From IMG/VR virus record IMGVR_UViG_3300010052_000208, positions 1 through 60,510 of that record: a stretch of 60,510 nt of DNA. The stretch is one strand, 5' to 3'. The notes under the pieces were generated by a model, which was not told where the DNA came from, searched no databases, and saw only the letters and a list, made by a program, of their open reading frames with translations. The number at the start of each line of letters is the position of its first letter. Within the stretch, counting starts at the first letter, position 1. Both the position numbers and the translations under genes were made by a program. This DNA comes from a virus (Duplodnaviria > Caudoviricetes). Positions 56,113 through 60,510 of the stretch are shown here, one piece after another.

Positions 56113-56822
56113 TGCCCTATGTCGTAAAGAAGCGCACCTTCACCTATGCGACCGCGCACGCCACGCTCAACACGCTCGATTACTATGAACCCAAGGGCCT
56201 GCTCGGGCAGAAGCCTGCGGTCATGTTCATCATTGGCGGGGGGTTTTCGTCAGCTTCCGCGACCAACCGGGCAAAGTGGGACGCGGAGTGCAATGAGCTT
56301 GCATCGATAGGCTACGTCTGCACAACCATCTCCTATCGCGGCGGCTCCAGCTACCACTTGCCGGAGACAATGGTGGACGTGAACGCCGCGCTCGACTGGA
56401 TGAAGGGGCACCAGGATGTAGACCCCGCTCGTATCTGCGCATGGGGTCGGTCTGCCGGCTCTTTTATGGCGGCGCAGCTTGGCAACGAGGCCAAGGTGAA
56501 GCTGTTCATGGGCGAGTGCGGCCCCTACGATCTGGTTGGCATCACTGAGCCCGACGCGGTTGCGTGGCTTGATGGGGCAGACCCGGCGGTTGTCTCGCCT
56601 CGCTACAACGTCACGGCTTCCGCATCCCGCTCAATGCTTGTTCACGGCACTGCCGACACGACGGTTTTGCCTGTGCAGAGCGCCAACATGAAAGCGGCGC
56701 TCGATGCCGCCGGGGTTCCCTGCACCTTGCGGACGCACAGCGGCGGGCATGGAACCCTCAATTCGTCGGTACGGCCTGCCTTCTGGACAGCGCAGAAGGC
56801 GTTCCTGGCGTCCTATCTGTGA
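56109..56822 (+). CDS. Alpha/beta hydrolase (esterase-like)
   Basis: GGGF oxyanion loop, GRSAG nucleophile, HGTAD, GGH. Confidence 0.88.
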   Translation: MMPYVVKKRTFTYATAHATLNTLDYYEPKGLLGQKPAVMFIIGGGFSSASATNRAKWDAECNELASIGYVCTTISYRGGSSYHLPETMVDVNAALDWMKGHQDVDPARICAWGRSAGSFMAAQLGNEAKVKLFMGECGPYDLVGITEPDAVAWLDGADPAVVSPRYNVTASASRSMLVHGTADTTVLPVQSANMKAALDAAGVPCTLRTHSGGHGTLNSSVRPAFWTAQKAFLASYL

Positions 56823-56956
56823 CAGCCAGCGAAGAGTGCATTGCCAAGGGTAAGCGACGGCGTATCGGCCTCACAGACCGGCGGCGCGTACCAGAACACC
56901 AACCCGGTCAGGACCAACAGCGCTGCCACCGCGACACCTGTCAGACGAAAAGCCAT
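56813..56956 (-). CDS. 47-aa reverse-oriented membrane peptide (not in ORF track)
   Basis: MAFRLTGVAVAALLVLTGLVFWYAPPVC...GCHR; G-rich RBS. Confidence 0.55.
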   Translation of the reverse strand: MAFRLTGVAVAALLVLTGLVFWYAPPVCEADTPSLTLGNALFAGCHR

Positions 56957-57181
56957 GTTAACCCCCGGAACAGAGTCGGGGAGTTCGAAACTCTCGGTGG
57001 AGAGCGCTCGCGCCTTTAGGGATTGCTCCCCTGGACATACGCGCGAGCCTCCCCGACCACTGTTCGGAGAGTGCTGACAACGGCTGCACTGAAGCCGCCA
57101 CCGAGGGGTTTCGACGCCCCAGCCCGCCTACGGCAAGCCGCCGCCTGTCTAACACATCTCCCCGACCGAAAGGAACCTCCC

Positions 57182-57376
57182 ATGCCCAAGGCACCGACCA
57201 AGCTCCAGGTCAACGCGCTGACCGACGCGATGGTGCGCGGCGGCGTGCTGACGAACAAGGACGGCAAGTGGAAGGTCGGCCGCAAGGTCTTCAGCCAGGC
57301 CATCGTCGATGCGGCTAAGGCCCGGATCAACCTCGTCGAGGGCGAAGACGGCTCATGGACGTTCAAGCCGGCCTAG
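57182..57376 (+). CDS. Small basic hypothetical protein
   Basis: AAAGGA RBS. Confidence 0.6.
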   Translation: MPKAPTKLQVNALTDAMVRGGVLTNKDGKWKVGRKVFSQAIVDAAKARINLVEGEDGSWTFKPA

Positions 57377-57378
57377 CC

Positions 57379-57708
57379 ATGCGGCTTGCCCTGCTTGCCG
57401 CCGTGCTCTGGGCCGCGCCGGCGCATGCGGGGACGGCTTCGTGGTACGGGCCGGGCTTCGATGGCGAGGTGACGGCATCGGGCGAAGTGTTTGACCAAGG
57501 GGCTGCAACCTGCGCGCACCGCAGCCTGCCCTTCGGCACGACGGTGCGCGTCACCAATCTCGACAACGGCCGCGCGGCCACCTGCCGGATCTCCGATCGC
57601 GGGCCGTTCGTCCGGGGCCGCGTCATCGACGTCTCGAAAGCCGTGGCCCGCCGGCTCGGCATGCTCCGCGCGGGCCTCGCGCCGGTGACGATCAACATCA
57701 TCAAGTGA
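57379..57708 (+). CDS. RlpA-like (DPBB) lytic transglycosylase with signal peptide
   Basis: GTASWYG, TASGE, AHRSLPFGT, DRGPF, IDVS. Confidence 0.92.
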   Translation: MRLALLAAVLWAAPAHAGTASWYGPGFDGEVTASGEVFDQGAATCAHRSLPFGTTVRVTNLDNGRAATCRISDRGPFVRGRVIDVSKAVARRLGMLRAGLAPVTINIIK

Positions 57709-57719
57709 AAGGAACCGCT

Positions 57720-58847
57720 ATGTTCGACGCGGAAACGATTGCCGGCATCGACAGGATCGCCGCCGCCCTCAAGGTCGAGCCCGCAGCCCTGCAGGCCGTG
57801 GCCGAGGTGGAAAGCGCCGGCAAGGTGTTCGCGCTGGTCAAGGGTCGGCAGGAGCCGGTCATTCGATGGGAGGGCCACTACTACGACCGGCGGCTGAAGG
57901 GCGCTGCGCGCGACCGTGCCCGCGCCGAGAAGCTGGCCAGCCCCACGGCCGGCGCCATCAAGAACCCGGCCAGCCAGGCCAAGCGCTGGGACATGGTGAC
58001 CCGGGCATCGCAGATCGACCGGCATGCGGCGCTGGAATCGTTCTCGATCGGGCTCGGCCAGGTGATGACGGCGCACTGGAAGGCGCTCGGGTTCGCCAAG
58101 GTCGACGACCTCATCAAGGAAGCCCGGCGCGACGCCAAGGGCCAGATCGAACTCATGGTGAAATATTGCGCCGCGTTCGGGCTGATCGACGAGCTGCAGC
58201 GGCTCGACTTCACCGGCTTCGCGCGCGGCTACAACGGGCCGGGCTTCCGCAAGGGCGGCTACCACAAGAAGATGGCGGCGGCCTACAAGCGGCTCTCGGG
58301 CAAGCCCGCGGTGTCGGCCGCGACCGGCATGCTGCGCATGGGCTCGTCGGGCGCGCGGGTGCGCGAGCTGCAGGCCCTGCTGCTGCGCGCCGGCTATGCG
58401 GTGAAGGTCGACGGCGACTACGGCCCCTCGACGCGCGACGCCGTGAAGGGTTTCCAGCGCTCGCAGAAGATTAAGGCCGATGGCGTCGCCGGGCCGGAGA
58501 CGTTCCGCCGGCTGGAGAACTGGAAGGTCACGCCGGAAGAGAAGGTCGGCCAGCAGAAGCCTACCGACGTCAAGGAGGTCAAGGATGCGGCCGGCGGCGG
58601 GGTCGTGTTGACCTTGGTGGTCTCGCTGCGCAACCAGATCGCCGAGACGGCGACCAGCCTCACCGGGATCGAGGCGGAGACGGCACAGACGGTTGCCAAC
58701 GTCCTGATGGCCGGTTCTGGCGCCATCGGCGTCGGTCTCGCCGTGTGGGCGTTCTGGGGCTGGGTCAGGAGCAAGCGCACCGACGAGGGCGATGTCGAGC
58801 CGGTGGGGATCGCGCCGGCCGGCGACAGCGATCCGGTGCTGGCGTGA
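57720..58847 (+). CDS. Endolysin: N-acetylmuramidase (DUF3380-like), PG-binding domain, C-terminal TM helices
   Basis: AVAEVES, GLGQVM, FARGYNG; DGDYGPST..AV..FQ...DGVAGP. Confidence 0.9.
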   Translation: MFDAETIAGIDRIAAALKVEPAALQAVAEVESAGKVFALVKGRQEPVIRWEGHYYDRRLKGAARDRARAEKLASPTAGAIKNPASQAKRWDMVTRASQIDRHAALESFSIGLGQVMTAHWKALGFAKVDDLIKEARRDAKGQIELMVKYCAAFGLIDELQRLDFTGFARGYNGPGFRKGGYHKKMAAAYKRLSGKPAVSAATGMLRMGSSGARVRELQALLLRAGYAVKVDGDYGPSTRDAVKGFQRSQKIKADGVAGPETFRRLENWKVTPEEKVGQQKPTDVKEVKDAAGGGVVLTLVVSLRNQIAETATSLTGIEAETAQTVANVLMAGSGAIGVGLAVWAFWGWVRSKRTDEGDVEPVGIAPAGDSDPVLA

Positions 58848-59176
58848 TCTACGCGCTGGCACTTTTGATAGTCGGCCACGCGCTTGCCGATTATCCGCTT
58901 CAGGGCGACTTCCTGGCTAGAGCCAAGAATCGAGCTGCGCCGATCCCGGGCGTGCCGTGGTATCAGGGTCTCGTCAGCCACGCTCTGATCCACGCCGGTT
59001 TTGTCGGCGTCATAACCGGCAGCCTATTGCTTGCGTGCTTTGAACTAATCGCCCACTGCCTCATCGATGACAGCAAATGCATGGGCCGCATTTCCTACAA
59101 CGCCGATCAGGCGCTGCACGTCGCATGCAAGTTGCTCTGGGTCGCGCTGATCCTATCGTTGGGTCCAATGCCATGA
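58844..59176 (+). CDS. DUF3307-like membrane protein
   Basis: GHALADYPLQ, H..ID, DQALH. Confidence 0.8.
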   Translation: MIYALALLIVGHALADYPLQGDFLARAKNRAAPIPGVPWYQGLVSHALIHAGFVGVITGSLLLACFELIAHCLIDDSKCMGRISYNADQALHVACKLLWVALILSLGPMP

Positions 59177-59279
59177 AGCGGCTCGGGTACGCAGTGGCTG
59201 GTGGCGTAGTCGCGCTGGCTCTCGCCGCCGGGGCTGTATGGTGGTGGTTTACGGCGTGCACAGGCTGGGCGTTCTGCTG

Positions 59280-59693
59280 ATGGGCGTGCTTCTCGTCATC
59301 CTGCGTCTCGTCACCGGCACGCTGGGCACCAAGCTTGTCGAGGCCTATCGCATCCGCGAAGCCGCGCAGAACGAAACGCAGCGCCTGATCGCCGATGTCG
59401 CGGTCAAGGACATCGAACGGCAGATGGCCGACCGCGCGGCGGCGAAGGAAATTCGTCTCGCCACCGCCGGGTTCTGGGAGATGCGGCTGATCACCGCGAT
59501 CATCGCCGGCTGCGCGACGGCGCACTATCTCGCCGTGACGCTCGACACGATCGGCCGGTTCGGCTGGGGCATCCCGAAATATCCGCCGCCCTTCGACGAA
59601 TACCAGGGCACCATCCTGCTGTCCTTCTTCGGCGTCCAGGCGGTTGGCATGGGCTTCTCGGCAATCGCAGCGGCAATCAGAGGGCGGAAATGA
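59280..59693 (+). CDS. Holin-like membrane protein
   Basis: Multiple TM segments, ILLSFFG; after endolysin. Confidence 0.6.
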   Translation: MGVLLVILRLVTGTLGTKLVEAYRIREAAQNETQRLIADVAVKDIERQMADRAAAKEIRLATAGFWEMRLITAIIAGCATAHYLAVTLDTIGRFGWGIPKYPPPFDEYQGTILLSFFGVQAVGMGFSAIAAAIRGRK

Positions 59694-60073
59694 CGGATGC
59701 AAGCCTTAACGACATCTACAGGCAGATCGGCGAACTGATCGGATCGATGAAAGGCCTGGTCGGCAACGTCGCCGACCTGAAGATCGCCGCGGCGGCGTCG
59801 GAGGAAAGTGCTGCAGAATACCGTCAGGGCGTGCGCGACGAACTCGGCAAGATCGTGCTGCGCACCACGCATCTGGAAACCGACATGAGCACGGTGAAAG
59901 AAAGCATCGAAAAGATGCGCGGCGTGACGGACGACGTGGTGAAGATGCGGGAGCGCGCGCTGGGCGCCGGAACCGCCGGCAATATCGTCATCAAGATCGG
60001 CGTCGGCGTCGTCGGCATGGTCGGCTGGGTGGCGTGGCTCTACACCTATCTGACCGGCCGGCCGCCGCCGTGA
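59690..60073 (+). CDS. Coiled-coil protein with C-terminal TM helix (lysis-module associated)
   Basis: Typical last gene of alphaproteobacterial prophage lysis cassettes. Confidence 0.55.
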   Translation: MTDASLNDIYRQIGELIGSMKGLVGNVADLKIAAAASEESAAEYRQGVRDELGKIVLRTTHLETDMSTVKESIEKMRGVTDDVVKMRERALGAGTAGNIVIKIGVGVVGMVGWVAWLYTYLTGRPPP

Positions 60074-60149
60074 ACCGCAGTGATCCAATCAGGACGTGTC
60101 GGCGTAAAACCGGTTGCATTTATGGTAGCCGAAGGGGGCGTTGCCGGCC

Positions 60150-60338
60150 ATGTCTGACGTACCCGAGAAGCTCGATGGTGCGGGCGATGACGGGCTGCTG
60201 AAGCGTCTGATTCGGGAGACGGGTATCACTGAAGCCGAAGCCTCCGACCTCGTGATGATGCTCGGGCCGAATTGGTCTTCCCTCGTGCGGGAGGCGCGCC
60301 TTCTGAAACGGCGAGACGCTAGCGCCGCCGATTCATGA
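60150..60338 (+). CDS. Small hypothetical protein
   Basis: ETGITEAEA..LV..LG.NWSSL.REA. Confidence 0.6.
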   Translation: MSDVPEKLDGAGDDGLLKRLIRETGITEAEASDLVMMLGPNWSSLVREARLLKRRDASAADS

Positions 60339-60510
60339 GTTCGGCCAGAAGCACGTCTTCTTCCTGGAAGCCGAGATCGAACAATTCCAGGATGTGAGCC
60401 GCGACGCTGTCGCGATCCACAGTGTTTTTGACGCCATAGGTGCTGCAGTATACTTCCAGAACCCTCGCCATCATCGCCAACTGCTCGGCGGTCGCTATAC
60501 CACTCGGCAT
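60319..60510 (-). CDS. Small hypothetical protein
   Basis: ORF at window edge. Confidence 0.55.
   Translation of the reverse strand: MPSGIATAEQLAMMARVLEVYCSTYGVKNTVDRDSVAAHILELFDLGFQEEDVLLAELMNRRR

Larger units (their letters stand above)
1..60073. mobile_element. Temperate HK97-head siphovirus-type prophage (att sites not identified in window)
   Basis: Integrase at left end, cI/cro switch, replication, terminase/portal/protease/capsid, tail, tape measure and lysis genes in lambdoid order. Confidence 0.96.

Noticed and set aside
56979-56995. T-arm-like hairpin GGGAG-TTCGAAA-CTCTC
   Set aside because: No acceptor, D or anticodon arms can be built around it; likely chance or part of the reverse gene's promoter region.
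1-60510. CRISPR array, DGR/retron or IS element
   Set aside because: No spaced direct repeats, reverse transcriptase motifs or transposase seen.
1-60510. Canonical CtrA boxes (TTAA-N7-TTAA) in phage promoters
   Set aside because: None found among the TTAA sites I checked by eye; degenerate or half sites are not excluded.
60074-60510. attR site at the right end
   Set aside because: No direct repeat matching the left end found; the boundary may lie outside the window.

Overview
The window is one apparently intact temperate siphovirus-type prophage of a GC-rich alphaproteobacterium (Rhizobiales-like), in lambdoid order. The left arm (minus strand, 1-13.4 kb) carries integrase/xis, MucR, SSB, a HerA-like ATPase, a RecD-like helicase, an exonuclease, an acyl carrier protein and a YqaJ recombination pair. 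A cI/cro switch with CCCA-N3-TGGG operators follows at 13.4-14.7 kb. The right early arm (to about 29.8 kb) carries GcrA-, GapR- and CtrA-like regulators, RuvC, a second HerA-like ATPase, ParB and a primase-helicase. The late region has HNH/cos, a ParB-methyltransferase-PLP cassette, terminase, an HK97-type head, a tail and lysis genes. The strongest hidden signals are: (1) a perfect tRNA-Gln(UUG) in-frame inside an ATPase gene, plus dense hairpin arrays inside other protein linkers; (2) an unlisted 58-aa gene fusing a twin-arginine signal to a copy of the tape-measure C-terminus; (3) a portal fused to an Acb1-like 2H phosphoesterase through the same AEAK motif as the likely capsid maturation site; (4) a set of host cell-cycle regulator homologues, including a CtrA lacking its phosphorylation site. 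All family calls come from motif recognition by eye; no searches were run.
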